Positions 47,696 to 57,511 of a stretch of 64,000 bases of DNA are shown here, piece by piece. The stretch's first letter is position 1, and each line of letters opens with the position of its first letter. The notes beneath the pieces were generated by a model that saw nothing but the letters and a program-made list of their open reading frames with translations, was not told the DNA's origin and searched no databases. Both the position numbers and the translations under genes were made by a program. The DNA is from an uncultured Candidatus Rokubacteria bacterium (GTDB lineage Bacteria; Methylomirabilota; Methylomirabilia; Rokubacteriales; CSP1-6): assembly GCA_963754315.1 (NCBI GenBank), contig CAVWFS010000018.1, positions 320,001 to 384,000 on the forward strand. The letters are read 5' to 3'.

Positions 47696-48717
47696 GAGCC
47701 ATGGTTTTCCACGGCCCCGGCGACCTTCGGTATGAGGAGGTGCCCCGTCCCGACCCATCTGAGGGGGAGCTCGTGATGAAGGTCGAAGCGGCGCTCACGT
47801 GCGGGACCGATGTGAAGACGCTCCGGCGAGGTCACCCTGTCATGATTCCCCGCGTGCCGACCGTGTTTGGCCACGAGTTTGCCGGGACCGTGAGCGCTGT
47901 GGGCGCGGGCGTGCGGCGATTCAAGGAAGGGGACCGCGTCGTCGCGGCCAACTCGGCGCCCTGCGGACGCTGCCGCCTGTGCCTCGCTGGGCGGCCCAAC
48001 CTCTGCGAGGAGTTGCTGTTTGTCAATGGCGCGTACGGCGAGTTCATCGCGCTTCCTGCCCGACTCGTCGACACCAACACCGTAGCCCTCGTGAACGGCA
48101 CCCCGGCTGCGCGAGCTGCCTTCGCGGAGCCGCTAGCCTGCGCGCTGCTGGCACTCGAGCGTGCCCGGGTTGAAGCCGGGCAGACCGTGGCCGTCTTTGG
48201 CCACGGACCACTCGGCTGTCTGTTGGCTTTGGTGGCGCGCGCCTGCCAGGCGCGCGTGCTGCTGATCGGCCGCGGTGGCTGGAGATTCGAGCGGGTCCGT
48301 AGCCTCGGCCTCGGCGAATGTCTGGACGCTTCGATCACGGCCGATGTGGTGGAGGGCATCCGCGCCTACACCGACGGGCGGGGCGCTGAGCTGACTGTCG
48401 ACGCGACCGGTCAGCCTGAGGTATGGGAGCGAGCGGTGGCGGCCGCCGCGCGCGGAGGTACGGTGCTGTTCTTCGGCGGCTGCGTTCCGGGGTCGGAGAT
48501 CCGGCTCGACACGCGCCGTGTCCATTACGAAGAGCTCACCCTTCTCGGCGCCTTCCACCACACCCCCGAGGCGATTCGCCGAGCGGTGGCCCTGCTGGAG
48601 TCAGGCACGTTTGTCCCGGACGGGTTGATCACCCACCGCATGGGCCTCGAGGGGGTCAGGGAGGCGCTCGATCTCATGGCGAGGAGTGCGGCACTCAAAG
48701 TGCTGATCGAACCCTGA
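47692..48717 (+). CDS. Zn-dependent medium-chain dehydrogenase 2
   Basis: TCGTD, GHE, CGRCRLC...C, EPLAC, GHGPLG. ATGA overlap with the previous gene. Confidence 0.9.
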   Translation: MRAMVFHGPGDLRYEEVPRPDPSEGELVMKVEAALTCGTDVKTLRRGHPVMIPRVPTVFGHEFAGTVSAVGAGVRRFKEGDRVVAANSAPCGRCRLCLAGRPNLCEELLFVNGAYGEFIALPARLVDTNTVALVNGTPAARAAFAEPLACALLALERARVEAGQTVAVFGHGPLGCLLALVARACQARVLLIGRGGWRFERVRSLGLGECLDASITADVVEGIRAYTDGRGAELTVDATGQPEVWERAVAAAARGGTVLFFGGCVPGSEIRLDTRRVHYEELTLLGAFHHTPEAIRRAVALLESGTFVPDGLITHRMGLEGVREALDLMARSAALKVLIEP

Positions 48718-48766
48718 TGTGGTCAGAGGGTTGGGGCCGTGGTCGTCATCGAGTAGAATCGGGAGC

Positions 48767-49774
48767 ATGAGCACCCCTGCGATCGCGCTGCCCCTCGCCG
48801 AGATTGTCTTGGCTGGTCCCCGCGGCTTCTGTGCGGGCGTCGAGCGGGCGATCGACATCGTGGAGCTCGCGCTGTCGGTGTGCCCCCCTCCGGTCTACGT
48901 GCGTAAGGAGATCGTGCATAACCGCCACGTGGTGGAAGACCTGAGGACGAAGGGCGCCGTCTTCGTCGATGAGCTCGACGAGGTGCCGGACGACGCGACG
49001 GTTATCTTCAGCGCCCACGGAATCTCGCCCGAAGTGCGTCGTGATGCCCGGCAACGGAGACTGCGCGTCATCGACGCCACCTGTCCCCTGGTGACGAAAG
49101 TGCACCTGGAGGCCATCCGTTACGCCCGGGAGGGTTACACCATCATCTTGATCGGCCATGCCGACCACGACGAGGTCATCGGGACCTTGGGCGAAGCGCC
49201 CAACCGCATGGTGGTCATCGCATCCGCGGAAGCGGTCGACTCCCTGGACGTCCCCAACCCCGACAAGGTCTCCTACCTCACCCAGACCACCCTGTCGGTG
49301 GACGACACGCGTGACGTCATCGAGGCCCTACGCCGAAAGTTTCCCAAGATCGTGGGCCCGTCGCGTGACGACATCTGCTACGCGACCCAGAACCGGCAAG
49401 CGGCCGTCAAGAACATCGCTGGGGACGTCGACGTGGTCCTGGTGATCGGCGCCGCCAACAGCTCCAATGCGAACCGACTGGTGGAAGTGGCGGAGACGGT
49501 GGGAACCCGCGCGTACCTCATCAACGACGTGCGCGATATCCGGACCGAGTGGCTCCAGGGGGCGCAGCGCATCGGAGTGACCGCGGGCGCCTCAACCCCG
49601 GAAGTCCTGGTGACGGAAGTGGTGGAGGCGCTCCATCGCCACGGGGCCAACGTGCGCGAGGTGCGCGTGGTGGAGGAGGACGTGCGCTTTGCCATACCCC
49701 CGGAGCTGGACCAGGTCGCCCGCGAGCGGGGTTTGACCCTGCCGTCCCGAGCCACCGCGCGCCAGTCGCTGTAG
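48767..49774 (+). CDS. ispH: 4-hydroxy-3-methylbut-2-enyl diphosphate reductase
   Basis: PRGFCAGVERA, IVHN, FSAHG, DATCPLV, ICYATQNRQ, NSSN, TAGASTP. Confidence 0.97.
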   Translation: MSTPAIALPLAEIVLAGPRGFCAGVERAIDIVELALSVCPPPVYVRKEIVHNRHVVEDLRTKGAVFVDELDEVPDDATVIFSAHGISPEVRRDARQRRLRVIDATCPLVTKVHLEAIRYAREGYTIILIGHADHDEVIGTLGEAPNRMVVIASAEAVDSLDVPNPDKVSYLTQTTLSVDDTRDVIEALRRKFPKIVGPSRDDICYATQNRQAAVKNIAGDVDVVLVIGAANSSNANRLVEVAETVGTRAYLINDVRDIRTEWLQGAQRIGVTAGASTPEVLVTEVVEALHRHGANVREVRVVEEDVRFAIPPELDQVARERGLTLPSRATARQSL

Positions 49775-49809
49775 TCGGCGCCTCCGCCGACCTCGCCGAG
49801 GAGCAAGCC

Positions 49810-51042
49810 ATGAGCTTCGTGTCCCATGTCGAATGCTCGGTGTGCAGCCGCCGTCATGATGCGAAGCGAACGCTGGCGGTGTGTGAGTCGTGCGGTCAGC
49901 TGCTGGCCGTCCGCTACGATCTGCCACGCGTGGCGGCGGCTGTGTCGCGGGACACGCTCCGGAGGCGCCCCTCCGGCATGTATCGTTTCCGCGAGTTGAC
50001 CCCACTTGATGAGGGCGAAGAGCCGGTAACACTCGGTGAGGGCGGCACCCCGCTCCTGCCGCTGCCGCGTCTGGCCGCGCATCTCGGGGTGCGGCACCTC
50101 TGGGGAAAGGATGAGGGACAGAATCCGACCGGCTCGTTCAAGGCACGCGGGCTCGGCATGGCCATCACACGAGCGCGTACCCTGGGCGCGCGGGGCTTCA
50201 TCATTCCGTCGGCGGGTAACGCAGGTGGCGCGGCGGCCGTGTACGGCGCACGCGCCGGGCTCCCCGTTGCCGTCATCGTCCCGCGCGGAACTCCCCCGGC
50301 CGCGGTGGCCGAAGCGCTCATCGCCGGCGCCCACGTGTTCACCATCGAGGGCTCGATCGCAACGGCTGGCAAGGTCGTGAGTCGGGTGGCGTCCGAGATC
50401 GGCTGGTTCGATCTGTCCACGTTGAAGGAGCCCTATCGCCTGGAGGGCAAGAAAACCATGGGCCTCGAGCTGGCCGAACAGCTCGACTGGTCGATGCCCG
50501 ACGTGCTTCTCTACCCGACGGGCGGGGGTACGGGGTTGGTAGGCATCCCGAAAGGGTATGACGAGCTCCGGACGCTGGGCTGGATCAGGGGAGTCCTGCC
50601 ACGCTTCTACGCAGTGCAGGCAGAGGGTTGTGCGCCCGTCGTGAAAGCCTTCCTGGACGGCACAGAGACCACCACGGCCTGGGAGAACCCTCTCACGCAC
50701 GCGGCGGGGCTGCGGGTTCCTTCACCGTTTGCCGGGCGGCAGATGCTCCGGGTACTCCGCGATTCCGGGGGCGGAGCGGTCGCCGTCACCGAGCGGGCCA
50801 TCGCGGACTCTCAGCGACTTCTGGCACGGCTGGAGGGTATCTGGACAGCGCCGGAAGGGGCGGCCCTAGTGGCGGCGCTCGGTCAGCTCAAGGACCGCGG
50901 CGAGATCACGGCCGAGGCCAGGATCGTGCTCGTCCTGACCGGGACGGGGATCAAGTACGATCCCCCCGCGCTTCCCCTGCCGATCGATCTCAGGGGCTCT
51001 GACGATGACATCGCGGCCCAGGTGAAGCGCGCCGTGATGTAG
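49810..51042 (+). CDS. thrC: Threonine synthase (PLP-dependent)
   Basis: N-terminal Zn-ribbon Cys pairs, TLGEGGTP, NPTGSFKARG, SAGNAG, EGKKT, PTGGG. Confidence 0.85.
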   Translation: MSFVSHVECSVCSRRHDAKRTLAVCESCGQLLAVRYDLPRVAAAVSRDTLRRRPSGMYRFRELTPLDEGEEPVTLGEGGTPLLPLPRLAAHLGVRHLWGKDEGQNPTGSFKARGLGMAITRARTLGARGFIIPSAGNAGGAAAVYGARAGLPVAVIVPRGTPPAAVAEALIAGAHVFTIEGSIATAGKVVSRVASEIGWFDLSTLKEPYRLEGKKTMGLELAEQLDWSMPDVLLYPTGGGTGLVGIPKGYDELRTLGWIRGVLPRFYAVQAEGCAPVVKAFLDGTETTTAWENPLTHAAGLRVPSPFAGRQMLRVLRDSGGGAVAVTERAIADSQRLLARLEGIWTAPEGAALVAALGQLKDRGEITAEARIVLVLTGTGIKYDPPALPLPIDLRGSDDDIAAQVKRAVM

Positions 51043-51072
51043 CCAGAAGCAGGGCACCGGAGCGCGCCTGCT

Positions 51073-51630
51073 TCAAACTGGCCGGTTTGCCGTGATATCC
51101 CACCCCGTCGCGACCGGGGGCCCGCTGGCAGCACCGTCCTGGCCGAGAGGCTGATACGTCCACCTGATGAGCTCGTAGGCGAGGGCGACCTCATCCAGCA
51201 GGGCAGCATGATCATCCCCGGTGTCCATCGCGGCAAACGAGAGAGGATAGTGGGCGCCCGCGCCGGCGATCTGAACTACCTCCGTGATCAGAACCGTCCC
51301 CAGGACAACCGTGTACAGTGCCGGACGGGCGGGTGGCAGCCGACGAAACGAAAAAGTTGCCGACTCGAACCGGCGGCCGGATGCACAGGCGTGCAGGAGC
51401 TCCGGTGAAGCCCGATCGAGAGCCTTGCGGAAGCGGACATCGGGGAACTCAGGCCGGCCGGCAGCCATGCCGCCGCCACCCATACGGATGATCGTCTGCT
51501 TCACCTTCTGCTCGTAGGAGAGCACCTCGATCTGCCGAGGGAACTGCGTGTCGCCGCTCTCGCCCTGGACTCCTTGCAGGTCGAGGAAGATGTGGAGGGT
51601 CGGGGACGCGGAGAGGGGGGGCACTGTCAC
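51073..51630 (-). CDS. hcp: Hcp (type VI secretion tube) family protein, orphan
   Basis: IFLDLQGVQGES...IEVLSY, F.KALDRASPELL..CASG, EVALAY..IRWTY, GWDITAN. Confidence 0.85.
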   Translation of the reverse strand: MTVPPLSASPTLHIFLDLQGVQGESGDTQFPRQIEVLSYEQKVKQTIIRMGGGGMAAGRPEFPDVRFRKALDRASPELLHACASGRRFESATFSFRRLPPARPALYTVVLGTVLITEVVQIAGAGAHYPLSFAAMDTGDDHAALLDEVALAYELIRWTYQPLGQDGAASGPPVATGWDITANRPV

Positions 51631-51805
51631 CCTCAGTCCTGCCCGTTGCCGTAACCCTGCCCGGTCGATCCGCCTCCCGTCGTCACAGCCGAATCATAGG
51701 CTGGCGGCGTGGGCGCGGCAAGAAGGGCGCTCTCCCTCAGCCTCCTCCGCGCCGTAGCGCTGTGGTAGCATTTCGGCTACCGCATCGTCCCCGGGAGGCC
51801 GGTCA

Positions 51806-53884
51806 ATGACGATCGAGATTGGAAAGATTCGCAACGTCGGCGTCGTCGGTCACGGCGGCGTGGGCAAGACGACGCTCGTGGAGTCCCTGCTCTTCGCAAC
51901 CGGAGCCGTCACTCGTCTCGGGCGAACGGACGACGGCACAACCACTACCGACTTCGACCCCGATGAAATCAAGCGGAAGATCTCCATCAACGCGGCGGTC
52001 GCCTACGTCGACTGGAAAGGGCATCGCATCAATTTCGTCGACACGCCCGGTTACGGCGATTTTATCTCGGAGGCTCGGGCCGGGCTCCGAGTGGTGGAGG
52101 CCGCCCTCGTCGTCGTCGACGCGGTGGCCGGTGTGCAGGTCCAGACCGAGAAGGTCTGGAAATTCGCCCACGAGTATGAGCTGCCCCGGGCGGTTGTCGT
52201 CAACCGTCTGGACCGTGAGCGGGCCGACTTCTACCGAACCCTGGAATCGCTGAGCCGCCGCCTCAAGGGCCGGCTCGTTCCGATCCAGATTCCGATCGGG
52301 GAGGAAGCTGGGTTTTCCGGCGTGGTCGACCTGGTGACCATGAAGGCGACTGTGTATGCGGACGGGAAGCCCAAAGAAACTGACATTCCTCCCACCCTGG
52401 TCGACCGAGTCAAGGAGTATCGTGAAAAGCTCGTAGAGGCCGCGGCCGAGACCGACGATGACCTCCTGAACAAGTACCTGGAAGAGGGAGCCCTGGGGGA
52501 GGCCGAGGTTGTTCAGGCTCTACGCACGGGTATCACGACCGGCAAAATCATTCCTGTGCTCTGCGCGGCGGCCGCCAAGTCTATCGGCAGCCAGGTCTTG
52601 CTCGATCTGATCGTCGAAGACTTCCCGTCACCCCTCGACGCCAAGGACATCGCAGGCGTCGACGGCAAGACCAAGCAAACGAGCACGCGGGCCGTGGAGA
52701 CCAAGGCGCCGGTCACCGCGCTCGTCTTCAAAACGCTCTCCGATCCGCACGTGGGCAAGCTGTCCCTCTTTCGCGTCTACACGGGTACCCTCCGATCGGA
52801 CTCGACCCTCCTCAACGTCTCTCGAGGTGGCCGAGAGCGCATGGGACACATCGCCTGGCTTCAGGGAAAGAATCAGAAGGCGACAGAGACCTTGGGCCCC
52901 GGTGAGATCGGAGTGGTGGCAAAGCTGAAGGACACCCTCACCGGGGATACCCTCGGAGAGGAGGCGGCCCCCTTCGAGCTGCCGCGCATCACCTTCCCGG
53001 AGGCCGCCATCTCGTTTGCCATCCAGCCCAAGACGCGCGGCGACGAGGACAAGATCTCCAACGCCCTGGCCCGCATCGCCGAGGAAGATCCGACCGTCCA
53101 CTACCACTTCGACCCCGAGACGAAGCAGCTCCTTGTGTCGGGGGTGGGCAGCCTCCACGTGGAGCTCGTCGTCGAGCGTATGAAGCGAAAGTACAACGTC
53201 GACGTCAACCTGCTCCCGCCGCGCATTCCTTACAAAGAAACGGTCAAGGGACGATCTGAGGGACAGGGTAAGTACAAGAAGCAGACAGGCGGCCGGGGCC
53301 AGTACGGTGATGTGTGGCTGAAGGTGGAGCCGCTCCAGCGTGCGAGCGGCTTCGAGTTCGTGGATGACATCTTCGGGGGAGCGGTGCCCCGTAACTACAT
53401 CCCCTCCGTGGAGAAGGGGGTCCGCGACTGTATGAAGAAAGGGATCCTGGCGGGCTATCCGGTGGTGGATCTCAAGGTTACCCTCTACGACGGCACGTAC
53501 CACGACGTGGACTCGTCGGACATGGCCTTCCAGATCGCGGCCTCCATGGGCCTGCAGAAGGTGTTCATGGAGGCCCACCCTATCCTTCTGGAACCCATCA
53601 TGAACGTCGAGGTGACGACACCGTCCGACGTGGCCGGTGACATTATCGGCGACCTCAACTCACGACGCGGCCGGATCGTCGGCATGGAGCCCGCCGGCGA
53701 GACGTCGCTCGTGCGCGCCCAGGTCCCCATGGCCGAGATGCTGACCTATGAGTCGTCGTTGCGCTCCATGAGCGGTGGGCGCGGGGGCTATTCCATGGAA
53801 TTCGCCCACTACGAGGAGGTGCCGGCGTTCCTCGCCGACAAGATCATCAAGGAGGCCAAAGCCGAGAAGGCCGAGAAGCACTGA
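51806..53884 (+). CDS. fusA: Elongation factor G paralog (EF-G2-like)
   Basis: Full five-domain EF-G architecture (DTPG, KKQTGGRGQYG, HDVDSS), but the P-loop is GHGGVGKT and no rpsL/rpsG/tuf flank it. Confidence 0.9.
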   Translation: MTIEIGKIRNVGVVGHGGVGKTTLVESLLFATGAVTRLGRTDDGTTTTDFDPDEIKRKISINAAVAYVDWKGHRINFVDTPGYGDFISEARAGLRVVEAALVVVDAVAGVQVQTEKVWKFAHEYELPRAVVVNRLDRERADFYRTLESLSRRLKGRLVPIQIPIGEEAGFSGVVDLVTMKATVYADGKPKETDIPPTLVDRVKEYREKLVEAAAETDDDLLNKYLEEGALGEAEVVQALRTGITTGKIIPVLCAAAAKSIGSQVLLDLIVEDFPSPLDAKDIAGVDGKTKQTSTRAVETKAPVTALVFKTLSDPHVGKLSLFRVYTGTLRSDSTLLNVSRGGRERMGHIAWLQGKNQKATETLGPGEIGVVAKLKDTLTGDTLGEEAAPFELPRITFPEAAISFAIQPKTRGDEDKISNALARIAEEDPTVHYHFDPETKQLLVSGVGSLHVELVVERMKRKYNVDVNLLPPRIPYKETVKGRSEGQGKYKKQTGGRGQYGDVWLKVEPLQRASGFEFVDDIFGGAVPRNYIPSVEKGVRDCMKKGILAGYPVVDLKVTLYDGTYHDVDSSDMAFQIAASMGLQKVFMEAHPILLEPIMNVEVTTPSDVAGDIIGDLNSRRGRIVGMEPAGETSLVRAQVPMAEMLTYESSLRSMSGGRGGYSMEFAHYEEVPAFLADKIIKEAKAEKAEKH

Positions 53885-53896
53885 CCGAGAGGCGAC

Positions 53897-54812
53897 CTAC
53901 TTCGAGCCGCGCAGCCTCGGGTCGAGCACGTCGCGCAGCGCGTCGCCCAGCATATTGAAGCCGAACACGGCCAGGGAAATGGCCACCCCTGGCCACACGG
54001 CCATCCAGGGGGCGCGGAACATGTACGTGCGGCCCGACCCGGAGAGCATCGAACCCCACGAGGGATAGGGCGGCGGCACCCCGAACCCGAGGAAGGACAG
54101 CGCCGATTCGGCCAGGATGGCCGCTCCCAGGCCGATGGTGGCCAGGATGATGATGGTGGCCACCACGTTGGGAAGAATGTGGCGCACGATGATGCGGCGC
54201 GTGGCCACAGCCCATGGCCCGCGCCGCCTCCACGAAGGAATGCTGGGCCACCGCGATGGTCGTCCCCCGGATCACCCGCGAGTTGGTGGCGGTGATGATC
54301 AGCGAGAGCGAGAGGACCACGTTGAGCAGACCCGGCCCCAGGACGGCCATGACCGACAGGACGATGATCAAGTAGGGAAACGAGAGCCAGGCGTCCACGA
54401 CCCGCTGGACGACCAGATCGTACGCGCCCCCGAAATAGCCGCTCGATACGCCGAGCGCGGTGGCCATCAAGGTGGCCAGGCCGATGGTCAGGAATCCGAC
54501 AGTGACGGACACCCGCGCGCCGTAGACGATCCGACTCCACATGTCGCGGCTGAGATTGTCGGTCCCGAGCCAGTGGGTGGCGCTGGGCGACTTCATGCGG
54601 GCGCCGCGGACCGTTTCATCGTAGCCGTACGGCGCGATCCGCTCGGCGAAGACGGCCATGACCAGCATGGCCACCACCAGGAGGCCTCCGATAGCCCCCA
54701 GCGGTTTGCGCCGTACGAATCGCAGGAGGCCCACCAGGGCTCGCCCGATTCGGCGGGAGGCCCCGGCGGTAGTCGGACCGGTAGTCTCGAAGGCAGGCGG
54801 CGCTTGCGCCAC
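53897..54812 (-). CDS. ABC transporter permease DppC-like (frameshift near 54205)
   Basis: LGTDNLSRD, FVEAARAMG, then in another frame RHILPN...LSFLGFG...PSWG...GDALRDVLDPR. Confidence 0.85.
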
Positions 54813-54834
54813 CCCGGCCGGAGCGCCGGCGAGC

Positions 54835-55779
54835 CTAGTAGCGGATTCGCGGATCGAGGACGGCATAGAGGGCGTCCACGGTGAGGTTGACCAGGATGAC
54901 GGCCGAGACCACGACCAAGTTCACGCCCTGGATCACCGGATAGTCTCTTTGGTTGATGGCGTCGAACAGAAAGCGGCTCATGCCAGGCAATCCGAAGATC
55001 GTCTCGATGATGACGGTGCCGCCGATGATCTGGGGCAGCTGGGTGCCGAGGAGCGTCACCACCGGAATGATGGCGTTGCGCAGGCTGTGCTTGGCCACGA
55101 TGATGCCCTCCCCCAGGCCCTTGGCCCACGCGGTGCGCACGTAGTCCTGACGCAGCACTTCGAGCAGCATGCCCCGCGTGAGCCGCATGAGGGCGGCCGC
55201 CGAGGCGATGCCGAGGATGAGGGCGGGGAGCAGGAGCTGGCCGATGTGCCCCCACGGATCCTTGGAGAACTCGGTGAACCCCGTCAGGGGGCGCCACCCC
55301 CACCAGATGGCGGGCAGCACGATGAGCAGGGTCGCGAGCCAGAAGCCCGGAACGGACAGCCCGAGGATGGCCGCGCTCCGAGCCACATAATCGCGCACGG
55401 TGTCCTGGCGCGTGGCCGAGAGAATGCCCACCGGAATCGCGATGAGCAGGGCGATCACAATGGCCAGCAAGGCAAGCTCGAGGGTGATGGGAAGTCGGCG
55501 CCCGATCTCCTCAATGACCGGCCGCTTGGTCCACAGAGACTCGCCGAGGTTCCCCCGTATGGCCCGGCCCGCCCACTCGAAGTACTGGATGTACAGCGGG
55601 CGACTCAACCCGAGCTTCTCGCGCAGCTCCTCGATATCCTTGGCATAGGCCTTTTCCTCGAGCATGAGTTGCACCACGTCGCCCGGAATGAGGCGCGGCA
55701 GGGTGAACACGATGAGCGAGGCGATGAGGAGCGAGGGGACGGCGATGAACAACCGCTTGACGAGATAGCGTCGCAGCAT
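54835..55779 (-). CDS. ABC transporter permease DppB-like
   Basis: IPGD, DYVRTAWAKGL, QRDYPVIQG, LDPRIRY. Confidence 0.92.
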   Translation of the reverse strand: MLRRYLVKRLFIAVPSLLIASLIVFTLPRLIPGDVVQLMLEEKAYAKDIEELREKLGLSRPLYIQYFEWAGRAIRGNLGESLWTKRPVIEEIGRRLPITLELALLAIVIALLIAIPVGILSATRQDTVRDYVARSAAILGLSVPGFWLATLLIVLPAIWWGWRPLTGFTEFSKDPWGHIGQLLLPALILGIASAAALMRLTRGMLLEVLRQDYVRTAWAKGLGEGIIVAKHSLRNAIIPVVTLLGTQLPQIIGGTVIIETIFGLPGMSRFLFDAINQRDYPVIQGVNLVVVSAVILVNLTVDALYAVLDPRIRY

Positions 55780-55868
55780 GCCGGATTACGCCGGGCGGGA
55801 GGGCCGGGACGTTGCCCGTTCCCTCCTTTCCCGTGCCACGAGGCTTTCCGGCGATAGGACCACGAGGA

Positions 55869-57494
55869 TCAGCGATCGAGCCAGGCGGCGGTGACGCGCC
55901 CGCCCCAGTCGTAGCCGAGGTTCGGTCCGTAGTTCTTGAGGGCACCGTCCCAGACGGCGATGATGGTGGTGCCGGAGGTCGCCACGTAGTACTGCTGCCT
56001 GGCCAGGTAGCGCTGGATCTCGTGAATGATCTCGCGGCGCTTGGCCACATCGTACGTCCGTCGCTGCCGCACCAGCATGTCGGCCAGGACGGGGTCGTTG
56101 ATGTGGCTCTGGTTCTTCGGCTCCCCCGGGTAGTACTGGGCGAACAGGAAGTTATCGGGATCCAGGAACGGCGTCTGCGGCCCGTACGTCATCGAGGGGA
56201 AATTGCCGTTGAAGCAGCTGGCGATGTAGGCTCCGTACTCCTTCTGATCGAGCTTCGGCTCGATACCGACATCCTTGAGGTACTTGAGCACGAGCTGCAT
56301 CGAGTCGACCAGGATGGTCGATCCGTAGGTGGTGAAGCACACAGTCGCCGGAAATCCGTTCGGATAGCCGGCGGCCGCCAGCAACCGCTTGGCCTCGGCC
56401 GGATCGTGCCGGTAGTACTTCGCTCCCTCCCCGAGCTGGCTGACGGGCAACGACCAGTCCTTGAGCCCGGCCGGTACCGGAGGGTTGGGGACACCCACGC
56501 CCTCGGCCACCGCGTCGAGGATGCCTTGGCGGTCGATGGCGAGGGAGATGGCCTGGCGCACGCGAGGGTCGCTGAAGGGCTTCTGGTCGGTGCGCATCGA
56601 GATGTGGGTCAGCTGGTTCGACGCGAACTCCAAGGTCTGCAGATTCGGCCGCTTCTGCTTGAGCGTGTCCTTGATCTGCACCCAGTCCGTACGATTGATA
56701 ATGCCCGGGTTCTCCCATCCGATGTCGTACTTGCCGGTGAGGAAGGCCGCGATGCGGGAGGCGTTGTCCTCGTCGACGGAGACCTCGACGCGGTCGATGT
56801 ACGGCAGCCCCGCCTGGAAATAGGTGGGGTTGCGCACGAGCGTATAGCCCTGGTTGGGACGGTAGCTGTCGAGCATCCAGGGCCCGGTGCCGATCACCGC
56901 CTCCGGCTTCTTGAGGTCGCCGAACTTGTCCACGACCTCCTTGGCCACGATGGCCACCGCCATCGGCGAGGCCAGCATGTCGAGCAGCCACGCGAAGGGT
57001 TCTTTCAGGGTGATGCGGACCGTGTACTTGTCGAGGGCCTCCACCTTGTCGATGGACTTCAGCATGTAGGCGTTGGAGTTGCCCTTGACGGTCAGGAAGC
57101 GTTCCAGACTGTACTTGACGTCGTCGGCCGTCAGCTCCCGGCCGTTGACGGGGGGCTTGTTGTGCCAGCGCACCCCGCGCCGCAGCTTGAAGACATAGGT
57201 CGTGTCGTTGGGCTGTGTCCAGGACTCCGCCAGGTCGCCTTCCAGGGGGAACGTACCGGGGGCGATGGCCGGTCCTGCCTTCTGCTTCACCAGACGGCTG
57301 TGGGTGAAGGAGAGCGCGATGTTGGTCTTGTACGAGATGATCGTCATGTGATCGAAGTGGGGCGGGTCCCACAGGCGCAGGGAGAGCGTGCCCCCGCGCT
57401 TGGGGGTCTGGGCGCGGGCAACGGCGGGGCCCAGGGCAACCCCGGCCACGGTGGTACCACCGAGCTTCAGCAGGTCACGACGGGTCAGATCCAT
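55869..57494 (-). CDS. Family-5 ABC substrate-binding protein with Tat signal (paralog 2)
   Basis: MDLTRRDLL twin-arginine signal, PKRGGTL, GDLAESW, GTGPWML, ends AAWLDR. Own RBS AAGGAG. Confidence 0.9.
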   Translation of the reverse strand: MDLTRRDLLKLGGTTVAGVALGPAVARAQTPKRGGTLSLRLWDPPHFDHMTIISYKTNIALSFTHSRLVKQKAGPAIAPGTFPLEGDLAESWTQPNDTTYVFKLRRGVRWHNKPPVNGRELTADDVKYSLERFLTVKGNSNAYMLKSIDKVEALDKYTVRITLKEPFAWLLDMLASPMAVAIVAKEVVDKFGDLKKPEAVIGTGPWMLDSYRPNQGYTLVRNPTYFQAGLPYIDRVEVSVDEDNASRIAAFLTGKYDIGWENPGIINRTDWVQIKDTLKQKRPNLQTLEFASNQLTHISMRTDQKPFSDPRVRQAISLAIDRQGILDAVAEGVGVPNPPVPAGLKDWSLPVSQLGEGAKYYRHDPAEAKRLLAAAGYPNGFPATVCFTTYGSTILVDSMQLVLKYLKDVGIEPKLDQKEYGAYIASCFNGNFPSMTYGPQTPFLDPDNFLFAQYYPGEPKNQSHINDPVLADMLVRQRRTYDVAKRREIIHEIQRYLARQQYYVATSGTTIIAVWDGALKNYGPNLGYDWGGRVTAAWLDR

Positions 57495-57511
57495 TCCGAA
57501 GCGTTCTCCTT

